From Mantamonas sphyraenae STR306 (Eukaryota > Protista > CRuMs), in contig JAPMXV010000009.1 of the NCBI GenBank assembly GCA_026936335.1, forward strand, positions 186,001-250,000: a DNA stretch of 64,000 nt, read 5' to 3'. The notes beneath the pieces are model-generated. The model saw only the letters and a list, made by a program, of their open reading frames with translations, did not search any database and was not told where the DNA came from. The position numbers were made by a program, and so were the translations under genes. Below are positions 24,378 through 34,958 of the stretch, piece by piece (positions within the stretch are counted from its first letter, which is position 1; every line of letters starts with the position of its first letter).

Positions 24378-26159
24378 TCATCCGTACTTGGAGACAAAGT
24401 CGAGGATAGATGCCTGAAGATCGGTGTAGGGCGGATACAGGAGACCAAAGAGGTCAAAGTAGGTGGGCTTCTTCATGATGGCCTTCTTGTGAGAAAAGTC
24501 GTCGATGCTCCACTTGCCATGGTAGGCACCCATGCCGGACTCACCGACGCCACCAAAGGGCAATGCGTTGTTGCCATTCTGCACCACGCAGTGGTTGACA
24601 ACAAGGGAGCCGCTGGTGGTGCGGTCAATGATGGTGTCCTGCACCTTGGTGTTGGTGGAGAAGACATACAGGGCCAAGGGCTTGTCATGGTCGTTGATGT
24701 ACTCAATGGCCCAGTCCAGATCGTCGTAGGGCACAATGGGCAGAATGGGCCCAAACAGCTCGTCCTTCATGGCCTCGCTCTCGTCCGGGTTCTCCACAAG
24801 CACCAATGTCGGTTCCACATACTTGTCCTCCACCGAGTAGCCACCTCCATGCACAATTGTCCCGGCCGCCTCTTCTGCATCCATGATCTTGGCCAGTCGG
24901 CGTGTGTGCCGCTCGTTGATGATCCTCGAGTACGACTTGCTCTCCTTGGGTTTGCTGGTGTAATACTCCTCCAACTTGGCCACCAGTCCCTCAATCACCT
25001 CATCCACGTGGGATCGATGCACCAAAAGGTAATCTGGCGCCACACACGTCTGCCCACAGTTCTGAAACTTGCCCCACGCAATGCGGTTCATCATCGTGTC
25101 AAAGTGCGGCATGTCTTTGTCCACAATGCATGGACTCTTGCCTCCCAGCTCCAATGACACCGGCGTCAGGTGCTTGGCGGCTGCCTGCATCACAATGCGT
25201 CCCACAAACCCGTTGCCAGTGTAGAAAATCTTGTCCCATTTGCACTCCAGCAACGCCGTCGTTTCTGCCACCGCTCCTTCCACCACCTGCACCACCTCTG
25301 GATCCAAATACTCCTCCACCAGCTTGGCAAGTGCAGCAGACGACGCAGGCGCCACCTCGCTCGGCTTCACCAGCACGCAGTTGCCTGCAGCCAGCGCCCC
25401 AATCAGCGGCACCAGCGTCAACTGGATGGGATAGTTCCACGGCGCAATCACCAGCACCACCCCAAGCGGCTCTGGACGCACATAGCACGTCGACGGCATC
25501 AGAGGCAGCTGCAGCATGGATGTGTGTGCGTGGGTATGGTGAGCGTGTGCGTGTGTGTGCGTGTTTTCGTGGCACGTGTCAGCCTTTGAGAGAGGGGAAT
25601 TTGTGGCCGTTGTTGACACGCAAAAAGGGTCACTGGCCGTAGCCGTCCAGGTGGCTGGGTGGGACAGTGTACAACATAGCATAGTAACGTAACGTACGGG
25701 AGTAGCTACACTCTCGGGTTCCATGAGCTTCTTCAGGTTGCCCATGTAGAACTTGAGCTCCTCGAGGATGGGGAACTTGGCGACAATCTGCTCGGCTCGG
25801 CACTTGCCCAGGTCCGCCTCCAAGGCAGCATTGAGGTTGTCTGCCTCCGCTGTGTAGCCTCGCATCAAGTCCTTCAGCATGCGCATGCGTGAGTCGTAGT
25901 CCAGCGTGCGTCCTGTCTTGAAGGTGGCCCGCAGCTTCTCCACTCGGTCGGTGTAGTCGATGCGGCGACGGGCTCGCTTCGGCGTCCCGCTGCTGCTGGA
26001 CGAGGAAGAAGATGACGACGATGACGAAGATGACGACGATGACGACGATGAAGAGGTGGTCTCTTCAACGTCAATCTTGTCCTCCTGCGTCTCCTCCTGG
26101 GGCTCCTCGGTCTGCTTTCGCTTGCGTGTCGTTCGGGAAGTGCGTCGCTTGGCCGGCAT
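24378..26159 (-). CDS. Aldehyde dehydrogenase, ALDH3/fatty-aldehyde type; in-frame intron 25697-25509
   Basis: 'EPLGVVLVIAPWNYP', 'KPSE', 'LELGGKSP', catalytic 'GQTCVAPDY', 'ELFGPILP', 'PFGGVGESG'. Confidence 0.93.
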   Translation of the reverse strand: MPAKRRTSRTTRKRKQTEEPQEETQEDKIDVEETTSSSSSSSSSSSSSSSSSSSSSSGTPKRARRRIDYTDRVEKLRATFKTGRTLDYDSRMRMLKDLMRGYTAEADNLNAALEADLGKCRAEQIVAKFPILEELKFYMGNLKKLMEPESVATPVRYVTMLCCTLSHPATWTATASDPFCVSTTATNSPLSKADTCHENTHTHAHAHHTHAHTSMLQLPLMPSTCYVRPEPLGVVLVIAPWNYPIQLTLVPLIGALAAGNCVLVKPSEVAPASSAALAKLVEEYLDPEVVQVVEGAVAETTALLECKWDKIFYTGNGFVGRIVMQAAAKHLTPVSLELGGKSPCIVDKDMPHFDTMMNRIAWGKFQNCGQTCVAPDYLLVHRSHVDEVIEGLVAKLEEYYTSKPKESKSYSRIINERHTRRLAKIMDAEEAAGTIVHGGGYSVEDKYVEPTLVLVENPDESEAMKDELFGPILPIVPYDDLDWAIEYINDHDKPLALYVFSTNTKVQDTIIDRTTSGSLVVNHCVVQNGNNALPFGGVGESGMGAYHGKWSIDDFSHKKAIMKKPTYFDLFGLLYPPYTDLQASILDFVSKYG

Positions 26160-26407
26160 TTCTCGGTTTGGGGTGGCCCGCCATGGGCATCGTCCATCAC
26201 ATGGACATTGAGATTGGGAGGATGGGCGTTATGGGAAGGGTGGTGGTGAGTCAAAAGAGATTGGCATGGTGCGCTTGAAGAGCGATTCAAAACAACTCTG
26301 AAATCAAACACAGTGTTCGGGGAGGGTGTGTTGGATGCGGGCGAATGAAACTCCCTCTTTTCATTTTTCAGTGCATTGCAGGAGCAGGGCACTTCTCTGC
26401 CACCGCA

Positions 26408-29400
26408 TCACGTGAGGCGCTTGAAGCCAGTCTGGGCGACAGGACCCAGGAGGTGGTCGCGGACAGTGCCAGCTTTGACATAGCCAGCCAGCTCTGCAAA
26501 GACCTCGTGGCATGCGTCGATGTACTTGTTGATGTGTTCCTCCTTGTGTGCAAACGACGAGTAGAACGAGGCGCCCGCAAGGAAGCCGCGGTCCAGCATG
26601 AGTTGCGTAAACAGAGTGCGCACAGCCAAGGCGTCATCGACCTCAAAGTCAAAGTGAGCCAGCGGTGGGATGCCACTGGTGTGGATGCTCAGACCAGCTT
26701 TGTCTGCAGCCGCCTGCCAGCCGTCCAGCACCATTTGGCCAATCTTCATCATGTGGTCGCCCACGTTCTCATCGCGGTACTTCTTGATGGTGGCCAGCGC
26801 TGCGGTGAGACCGATGCCCTCGGTCCAGTACGTGGAGCTGATGAATGTGCTCTGAGACGACTGCATGATCGCCTCCTTGCCAATGATGGCCGACATTGGG
26901 TAGCCGTTGCTCATGCCCTTGGCAAACACAGCCATGTCCGGGTTGACGCCAAACTTCAGGTGCACGCCGCCCGCATTCATGCGGAACGCAGAGGTGATTT
27001 CGTCAAAGATCAGCACTGCACCCGTCGAGTCTGCAAGCTTGCGCACTCCCTCCAGAAACCCTTCCTCGGGCATCATGTTGCGCACAGGCTCCATCACAAT
27101 CGCCGCCAGCTGGTCGCCGTGCTTATCCACAATCTCCTGCAATTGGTCCAGTTTGTTGTAGTAAAACGGCAGCGCAGTGCCAGCCAGGCCCTGCGGCACG
27201 CCCGTGGGATCCAGCCCGCCAATCAGATGGCCAGCAAGCGCATCCTGTGCGTCTGCCCCCTCGCTGCTGCTGCTGCTGTTGCTGCTGCTGTTGGCCTGTT
27301 CAGGAACCACCTCGGCCAGGTTGGCGCTGAGGTACCAGTCATGCCAGCCGTGGTAGCCGCAAAACGCGACAATGGGCCGCTTTGTGTGTGCGCGCGCGAT
27401 GCGCACAGCAATGGACATTGCCTCGCCGCCAGTTTTGCAGAAGCGTGCCATGTCCGCCCACGGGTGCAGCTCACAAAGCAGGTCGGCCAGGTCGACCTCC
27501 TCGCGGCGGTTCAGCGTGGCCATGGAGCCCAAGTCGACCATGTGATGCACCGCCCGGTTCACGTCCGGGTCGTTGTGACCCAGCGTGCACGCCCCGATGC
27601 CGTTGTACGTCATCTCCAGGTACTTGTTGCCGTCCAAGTCGTACACGTAGGGTCCGTTCGTCTTGAGGTAGTACGCAGGCCAGTTGTCCGGCAGGAACAT
27701 TTCTGGGCGCTTGCTGAGCAGCTGCGTGCCTCCGGGCAGCCGGTTCTTCTTCGCGTACGCATACAGCTTCTGACCGGTTTCGCTCTTGCTCAGCATGCCC
27801 TTGCTGTACCATTCGGACCCTTCGACGAGGTGTGCGTTGATGGCACGCACCTCTGGGTTCTCTTTCAGGTACGCAATGATGGCCGCCTTGTCAAAGTATG
27901 GATCGGCGTCGTACAGGGCGTCAAACAAGGCCGTGATCAGCTCCAAGTCCTTGGGGTAGTCCAGCGTCCATCGCTGGTCACCCTGCGGGTCGTCGTGGTC
28001 GTTGAGCACCTCCACCTTGAAGTTGCCCGACAGGCGAGTGTACAGCGTCACATGCTCTCGGTTGTCCTTGCCCTCGGCCTCCAACCAGGCGCGGCGCAGG
28101 CTGTCGTACGTGAACGCCTCGATGTCCAGCCCGTCGGGCGACGTGCGTCCCACGGCCTCCACGTTGGAGCAGTAGTCCAGCGAGGCGTGCGTGAGCAGGT
28201 GGGTGACCACCGTGTCAATTTCCACCGGATCCATCACGGGACAGTCGGCCGTGATGCGCACCACCACATCGGGCTGCATCAGGCGTGCGCACTGGTAGAA
28301 GCGGTCCAGCACGTCGTCCAACGAGCCGCGCGACACGGCCACGTCATTCTTGGAGCACCACTGTGCAATGTGGTCGTCGGCTGCGTCTGTGGACGTGGCC
28401 ACCACCACATCAGTCACTGTGGCTGCTCGTTGCACACGCTCCACCACATGCTGCAACACAGGCTTGCCGTGCAGATCCATCAGACTCTTGCCTGGCAGGC
28501 GGCTGGAGCTCATGCGAGCCTGGATGATGGCCACCACACGCTCGCGGGAAAAGAACGCCGCCACCTTGTTCACTGCGGCAATGACATCCTGCACATCCGC
28601 GTCCTCCATCAGCGGGAACACTGGGAGGGTGATGATGCGCTCGTAGGCATCCTCGGCCACGGGAAGCATGCCTTCACGCGTGCCGTGGTTCTCCTTGTAG
28701 TACGGGTGCAGATGGATGGGCATGTAGTGCAGGTTCACCCCGATGCCCTCCTCGCGCAGCGCACGGAAAAACGTGTCGCGATCACAGGTCAACCTCTCGT
28801 GATTGACCTTGATCAGAAAGATGTGCCATGCGCCCTCAAGGTTGCGCTGGCCGGGCCACACGCTGTCTACGTAGGGGCAGTCGGCAAATGCGGCCTCGTA
28901 CATGGCTGTGATTTCGCGGCGGCGCGCAATGAACGCGTCGAGCTTGGCCATCTGGGTGATACCCATGGCGCAATGGACGTCGGACAGGCGGTAGTTGAAG
29001 CCCAGCTTGACCATCTCGTAGTAGTAGGTGCCCTTCTGTTCACGGGCCTTGTAGTCCACACTGATCCCGTGCGTGCGAAACACACGCATGCTCTCTGCGT
29101 ACTCCTCCGAGTTGGTCACCACCATGCCTCCTTCGCACGTGGTCACCGTTTTGACCGGGTGGAACGAGAAGCAGGTCATGTCTGCAAACGAGCCCACCTT
29201 GGCGCCTTGATAGGTTGCCCCGATAGCGTGCGCGGCATCCTCGATCAGCACCAGGTTGTGCTCCTTGGCAATCGCAGAGATCTGCTCATAGTCGCATGGC
29301 GTGCCACACAGGTCCACCGAGACGATGGCCTTTGTGTGCGGCGTGATCTTTGCGCGCAGATCTTCGGGATCCATGTTCAGGGTTTCTGGCAGCAGGTCAC

Positions 29401-29788
29401 AGAAGACAGGTGTGCCACCACAGTACACGACAGCGTTGGCGGAAGCCACAAAGCTGATGCCCGAGACAATGACCTCGTCGCCTGGTCCCACGCCCGCTGC
29501 GTGGACGGCCAGGTGGAGGGCAGCGGTGCCCGAGTTGACAGCGATGCCAAACTTGGCTCCGCTGTACTCGGCCACACACTGCTCAAACTCGGCCACCTTG
29601 GGGCCTGTGGTGAGAAAGTCGGACTTCATGGTGTCGACCACGGCCTGGATGTCGGCCTCGTCGATGCTCTGCTTTCCGTACGGGAGCATGGCGTCGCGTA
29701 CGGGGGCGCCTCCGTTGAGAGCCAAATGCGACCTGGCCACAGACACGTTGCTGCTGCTGCTCTGAGTCTCGGATGCGGAACTGGACAT
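26408..29788 (-). CDS. Intronless triple fusion: PseC/DegT-family sugar aminotransferase + SpsF-like cytidylyltransferase + class III (GSA-aminomutase-like) aminotransferase
   Basis: Domain 1 (~29730-28560): 'LPYGKQSIDEADIQAV..SDFLTTGPKV', 'IEDAAHAIGA', 'SFHPVKTVTTCEGG', 'GFNYRLSD'. Domain 2 (~28545-27850): 'IIQARMSSSRLPGK', 'DVLDRFY', 'VRITADCP', 'REHVT', 'RWTLDYPKD'. Domain 3 (~27790-26408): 'GGTQLLSKRPEMF', 'CGYHGWHDW', 'IFDEITSAFR', 'FAKGMSNGYP'. Confidence 0.9.
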   Translation of the reverse strand: MSSSASETQSSSSNVSVARSHLALNGGAPVRDAMLPYGKQSIDEADIQAVVDTMKSDFLTTGPKVAEFEQCVAEYSGAKFGIAVNSGTAALHLAVHAAGVGPGDEVIVSGISFVASANAVVYCGGTPVFCDLLPETLNMDPEDLRAKITPHTKAIVSVDLCGTPCDYEQISAIAKEHNLVLIEDAAHAIGATYQGAKVGSFADMTCFSFHPVKTVTTCEGGMVVTNSEEYAESMRVFRTHGISVDYKAREQKGTYYYEMVKLGFNYRLSDVHCAMGITQMAKLDAFIARRREITAMYEAAFADCPYVDSVWPGQRNLEGAWHIFLIKVNHERLTCDRDTFFRALREEGIGVNLHYMPIHLHPYYKENHGTREGMLPVAEDAYERIITLPVFPLMEDADVQDVIAAVNKVAAFFSRERVVAIIQARMSSSRLPGKSLMDLHGKPVLQHVVERVQRAATVTDVVVATSTDAADDHIAQWCSKNDVAVSRGSLDDVLDRFYQCARLMQPDVVVRITADCPVMDPVEIDTVVTHLLTHASLDYCSNVEAVGRTSPDGLDIEAFTYDSLRRAWLEAEGKDNREHVTLYTRLSGNFKVEVLNDHDDPQGDQRWTLDYPKDLELITALFDALYDADPYFDKAAIIAYLKENPEVRAINAHLVEGSEWYSKGMLSKSETGQKLYAYAKKNRLPGGTQLLSKRPEMFLPDNWPAYYLKTNGPYVYDLDGNKYLEMTYNGIGACTLGHNDPDVNRAVHHMVDLGSMATLNRREEVDLADLLCELHPWADMARFCKTGGEAMSIAVRIARAHTKRPIVAFCGYHGWHDWYLSANLAEVVPEQANSSSNSSSSSEGADAQDALAGHLIGGLDPTGVPQGLAGTALPFYYNKLDQLQEIVDKHGDQLAAIVMEPVRNMMPEEGFLEGVRKLADSTGAVLIFDEITSAFRMNAGGVHLKFGVNPDMAVFAKGMSNGYPMSAIIGKEAIMQSSQSTFISSTYWTEGIGLTAALATIKKYRDENVGDHMMKIGQMVLDGWQAAADKAGLSIHTSGIPPLAHFDFEVDDALAVRTLFTQLMLDRGFLAGASFYSSFAHKEEHINKYIDACHEVFAELAGYVKAGTVRDHLLGPVAQTGFKRLT

Positions 29789-30313
29789 TGTGAGGGTTGG
29801 GTTGTGTTGATGCCTAAACGAGACGGTAGGATACCGTGCAGGGGACGTTGCGTGTGTGAGCGAAGTGGCAGAGCAGGGAAAAGAACGTCGGGGACGCGAG
29901 GAAAAAGAAACGGAAATCGGGGAAGCCGGAACCCCGAGCAACGGGTGCTTGGGGTCGGTCAGGACCCAGGGAAGAGGCCCATGCGAGTGGTACACGAGCT
30001 GACAGGACGCCCAATCCCTGCGCAGAGACAGTCGGCGGACGTTTGGCGGTGTAGCTGGATTGGAAGGACATGCCAAGGGGCGCAGACAGATGTGCGTGGC
30101 CGGGAACTCGGCGAAATCTGGACGGGAGAATCTGAAGCGCCGTCGGAGAAGGAACAGGGCCGTGGGGAAGGGGGGCGGATGTGCATGCAACACAGTGGCG
30201 CAACAAGGGAGGATGGAAGGGAATCTGGAGCCGGGATGTGGATTGTACACACACTCACTCACAGTCTCGCAGAAAGAGTTGGCAAAGGCAGCGCATCTGC
30301 TGTCTTGCACACT

Positions 30314-33300
30314 TTACAGAGTTGGCAAGGTGACGTCCATGGCACAGAGACGCTCGAGCACCTCTGGGTGAAGATGGTCGGTGGAGGAGGCATCGAGGAG
30401 CTGGGAGAGGGTGGTGGCCGTTCGCATGGAGTGGGAAAGCTGAACCAGGTCGGCGTCCGGGTCGGTGTAGTGGAGCAGATGGACGAGCAAAACACGAGAG
30501 GCACGTGCACACAGAGTGTCTATGAGGGTGGCCACTTGCCATTGGGAAAGGGGAGTGTCTTTCGAAGGAACGAGGAGGTTGCGTGCCAGGTGGTGCAACG
30601 CTGCGCGGTAGAGGACAGTGCTGTGGCCTCGACTGAGCAAAATGTGTTTGGTTGGGTCGCACAACTGGTCGAGGAGCAGTTGGATGAGGGAAAGGTCAGA
30701 CTCGACGGGTTCAAACAGGGCCATCTTGTCAAAGGGCAGCCGGTCCATGATTTGACCAAAATAGCGCATCATCTCCACTGTGTGGTTCCACATGGTGGTG
30801 CGGTACGCCAGGGGCATATCCGTTCGCAGAAAGAAGCTGAGGGCACGACACATGGCTGCGTGGCCATACGATTCGCTGACAAACTCGTCGAGCACATCCA
30901 TAAGCAATTGTCGCATGTTCACGTGCACCTGTGTGACAGCAATGTCCAATGGCATCGCCTTTGACCCCAGCATGTCGATCCACTCTTCCAGTGCCTCTTC
31001 CACGTCCTCGTCGCGGTAGTAGTCCGCGCCAAGCTGAAAGACACGCAGCATGTCGACAAGCTGGCGCGACGGTGGCACCATGGACGCATACAATGCGTCG
31101 TGGTGGAGATGATGGAGCATCAGCCGGATGGCAGAAGAGACTTCGAGGGTGGTGGGCAACACCTGCGGGCTGCCTGGCACGTGGCCTGCACCGACGTCAA
31201 AGTGGCACACGAGGGGCAACAGCAACCAGTCGCTCAGCAGGGGCATTTGTGTAAACAGAGAAGGACGCGGCGCCGGCAGGAAAGCGCCTGTGTTGAGGCG
31301 GAGGCTGTCTCGCAGGGTGTTGTGCTGCGAGTGGACCAGAGCCTGGCGGGTGAAGGCAAGGGAGGGGTAAAAGTCGAAAAGGTGGGCACGGAGCATGTCT
31401 GCGGTGTCTTGGGACATGCCCAGGTGGTTGGTGAACAAGTGTAGGTCCAGCACAAAGACATCGAGGAGATCGACAGCCAGGTACTCGTCGCCCGGAAGGA
31501 GCACCGAGAGCAGAACGCAGCCAATGTCCATGAGGGCAATGTCGTGGTCGTGCCGTGTGGGCAGATGGGCCACCGACTTGAGCAGATGGTACGCCGTGTG
31601 TGCAAAGGGCCGGTTGAGGAAGCGACGTTGGATGTCCTGGGCGGTGCGTTCGACCACGGGGCCACGTTGTGCCAAGTGAGCGCACAGAGTGGTGGCACAG
31701 TGAACCATGCGAGATGCAGTGGCATCATCGTCGTCCCACTGGTCGACAAGAGACGGGTTGGCACGGAGGATGTGGTGAAGTACGCGTGCAAAGCCCGCCA
31801 GACTGTTGGCCATCGGCACACGCGTGTCAAGCTGCCGCTCCGTGTCTTTGTCTGCGTCGAAACAAAGCATGAGCTGGGTGGGTGCCATGCCGTGTTGCGG
31901 TGCTGCGTGCGTGTCGACGATTCCACCTGCGCGTTCCACGTCATCCAGCCATCCCAGCGACCACAGGGGACGAAGCACCGAGTCGTTGAACTGCTGCATT
32001 TCGGTGACAATCGACTCGTTGTCCAGTAGCACGTCCCGGTGCAGGACTATGCGTTGGAAGTACGAGGCCACAAAGTGCAATGCGGCGCCAGCCAGACGAT
32101 GCAGCAGCACCGGGAGGGTTTGCAGCTGTTCTCCTCCTCCTTCTCCTCCTCTCCTCCTCCTTGCTGCTGCTGCTGTGGCAATGTATCCACAAGAGTGGCC
32201 AACAGAGTGTGGGGCAGTTCGTACATGGCCGAGACCACGGACCAATGAATCCCTCCACGCGGACGAGACAACGCCTCAGCCTCGGTGTCGTCGTCACCCT
32301 GTGCAGACTTGGCCTTGTTGGCTGATGAAGGTGCCACTTTGGCCAGCATCTGTGCCGCTTGGTCCTCTTGGCTGGCCGTCTTGTCGTCGCCATCTGTGGC
32401 TGCGCCGCTTTTTTGTGCGTCGACGCTTGTCAAGTGGCACATCTGTTCAAACAGAGCCAGCAGTTCACAGATGAGGTGGACGTGTGCGCGGTGAGCGTGA
32501 TGGGTGTCATCATCGCAGGTGGTGAGATCGTCCTGGGCCTGCAACCAGGTGGAGACCCAGCCAAAGTGGCTGAGCAGGTCTGGGTACAGCAAGGCAAAGG
32601 CGTCTGCGTTGAGGCCGTAGCTGAGGCAGGCTCGCCAGGCACGGATGGCCTGAACGCTCATGGCGTGGTGCAAGGCCTGCTTCCACCCTTGGCTTGCGTC
32701 GTCCCAATCGCCCGGCTCGTATGACGCAGCCATGACTATGTACATCTTGGCACTCTCGATGTGTCCAGCCTTGACGAGGGTGGCGGCACACTTGAGGGAG
32801 CTCTGGCAGAGCACGCGAACGATGCGCATGGCAATGGGGTTGGGCAGGCCGTACACCTGCGCCGCGTGTGCCTGGCTGCCCAGCGGGAAGTTGACCTGCA
32901 CAAAATCGTTCACAATGGTGTCCACCAGCCGTGGGGTGTCCGCCACGGCCTGTGCCGCCACGCCGCTGTGCCGTGCACACTGCAACACAATCTCCAGGAT
33001 GTGCTGTGCGGCGTCGGCCAGCCGCAACACCTCCAAAATGTAGCGCAGCCTGTGCAACATGTTTGTTTTCAACATGCACTGCACCAAATCCACCTCCATC
33101 AGTTGCAACTCGTCAAAGTTGCTCAGCGAACGATCGGCGACTGCCTGCGCCACCGCATCCCCATTCTCCACCATGCCCTGCAGACGCAACAATTCGGCTG
33201 TCTCTGCGTGCGACACGTCGTCAAACTGGCCTGCAAGCGGAGCCAACGGCAGTGGGGCAAGGCCACGATCGAACCCAGAAGCAAGGGACTCGAAACAGGC

Positions 33301-34874
33301 CTCCGTGGGGGCGTGGACAATCAGAGCATGGACCGCATGGACCGCATGCAGCACTACGTTGGGATTGGCGTCGTCGAGGGCCATGCGAAGGACCAAAGGC
33401 AGCTGCAACTCGGAGAGAAGCACCTGGAGCAGGTTGACTCGCACTCCGTCACGCTGCACAACGCCTCGCTTGCCGCGTCGCACAAGGTTGGTCAGCATGC
33501 GCAGGAACATGGCACGTTGGGAAGGCACGGTGGAGCGCACAAGGAGCAACACCTCGCTGAGAGTGTACCCTGGCTTTTGCGGCTCAAGGCCGTGGTGGTA
33601 GAGAGCCGAGTCGTACGCCTGTTGCTCCTCCTCGCGCATTTCATCCACCAAATTGCCCTCAAAGTCAAAGCGCCAACTCTCGAGCACGGCCGTGCGTGTG
33701 CCAGCCATTGTTTCGTCCAGCTGCACGTTGTCCTCTTGTCCGTCGTCCAGCATCCAGTCAAGCTTATCGTACTCGATATCCGGCACCAACAGCGTGTCTT
33801 TGTCCAATGATGCCAACTGAACTGATGCTTGGTTTGGATTCGGGGTGTCCACGTGCTGCTCAGGCTGTGTGATGGCCGTCGTGGTGGACAACGACGAAGA
33901 AGAAGAGGAACCAACGCTGCCACTGCTGCTGCTACTGCTTGCGTTCATGCCCTTGTCGCTGGAGTTGTGTTTGCTGCTTGACCCGTGTGTCAGGGCGTCC
34001 ACCGACTCTGGGCGCAGCTGTTTGAGGAGCTGGGCACGCAGTTTGAGGATCTCGGCCTCGCTCATGCCAGCCAGCAGCTGTGTGTTTTCCTTGTCAATCA
34101 CCTGCTTCTCGCGTCGGATAAACTCCTGGTCGGCCGCTTTGGATGGCACAGGACCACTGGCGGCTTGGACGGTGTCGTCGTCGTCGTCGTCGTCGTCGTT
34201 CTGCGCTGGCTTTCCGCCCTGGAAATGCACCTTGGCGGCATTGCCCACAAAGTCGGCCAACAGCTTCTGAGTGTCCAGGGTGGGTTTGTACTCGGCCGTG
34301 TCCAGCTTTCCGTCGTCCTGTTTGGCCGGCGTCGACCAGTGCACACGTTTGCCCAGGGGTCGATCACGACGGTTGAACACTGTGGGAAACCCGCGTGCAG
34401 ACGGAGCCACAGGCGGTTGGAATGCGCTCGGCCCTTGTTTGACATCGCGCTCCACAATGTTGCTGATCACGGATGTGATGTGTGTGTCGTACTCTGGCAG
34501 AATACGAGCGTGTCAGCGACTCTGGAACGCACCCACGGACACACACGAGGGACACGCACGAGGGACCTTCGTGCGGCTATGCACTCACTTTCCATGCGCT
34601 CCTGCGGATCCATGCGCTCCTGGACATCGCCAACGTCATCCGAATCCTCCACCAGACCCTCCTGGGCACGCGCACGAGCCATCTGTGCGGCGAAGCGGGA
34701 AGGTTTTGCCCCGGACGATGACGATGACGATGATGATGACGACGATGACGATGGATTCAACTGCACCACGTCTCGCTGTACACGTGCAGACGGCTGTGCC
34801 GAAGCCAGAAAGCGTTGCTGTTCCTGCAGCAACGCCTCCTCATCCAGGTCCAGCTGCTGGCGCCGCGGGTGCAT
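30314..34874 (-). CDS. RPAP1: RNA polymerase II-associated protein 1 (RPAP1/Rba50/MINIYO); one intron near 34500-34587, apparent frameshift at ~32130-32165
   Basis: 'IDKENTQLLAGMSEAEI' and 'WRFDFEG...LYHHGLEPQKPGYTLSEVLLLVRSTVPSQR' match the RPAP1 N and C domains. 'LLSDWLLLPL' lies in the C-terminal part. Confidence 0.85.
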
Positions 34875-34958
34875 GTTGTGGTGGGTGGGTTGGGGCGGTT
34901 GTCGCATGCAACACATCTTTATGTACATTCTCTCGTCTGTGTTGCATGTTCAATGGGG

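Noticed and set aside
26408-27790. Annotating the class III domain as HemL (heme synthesis)
   Set aside because: It lacks the HemL 'SPVRAF' motif, has 'GGTQLLSKRPEMF' instead, and is fused to sugar-nucleotide enzymes.
26408-29788. Bacterial contamination or chimeric assembly
   Set aside because: Codon style, the poly-Ser insert and the spacers match the host, and no Shine-Dalgarno or operon context is visible. Read mapping is still needed for proof.
29900-30150. RNase P, RNase MRP, SRP or U3 identity for the structured spacer
   Set aside because: Only short chance-level motif matches; the conserved elements are not in the correct order or pairing.
29789-30316. Stop-codon readthrough from RPAP1 into the fusion gene (same frame, only one TAA between); a similar case at 2378-2482
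   Set aside because: The pyrimidine-rich spacers are naturally poor in stops, the linkers do not look like protein, and other tandem pairs do not show the pattern.
26345-30964. 1539-aa + strand ORF
   Set aside because: It is the antisense shadow of the fusion gene. GC-rich codon bias removes antisense stops, and the translation has no recognisable motifs.
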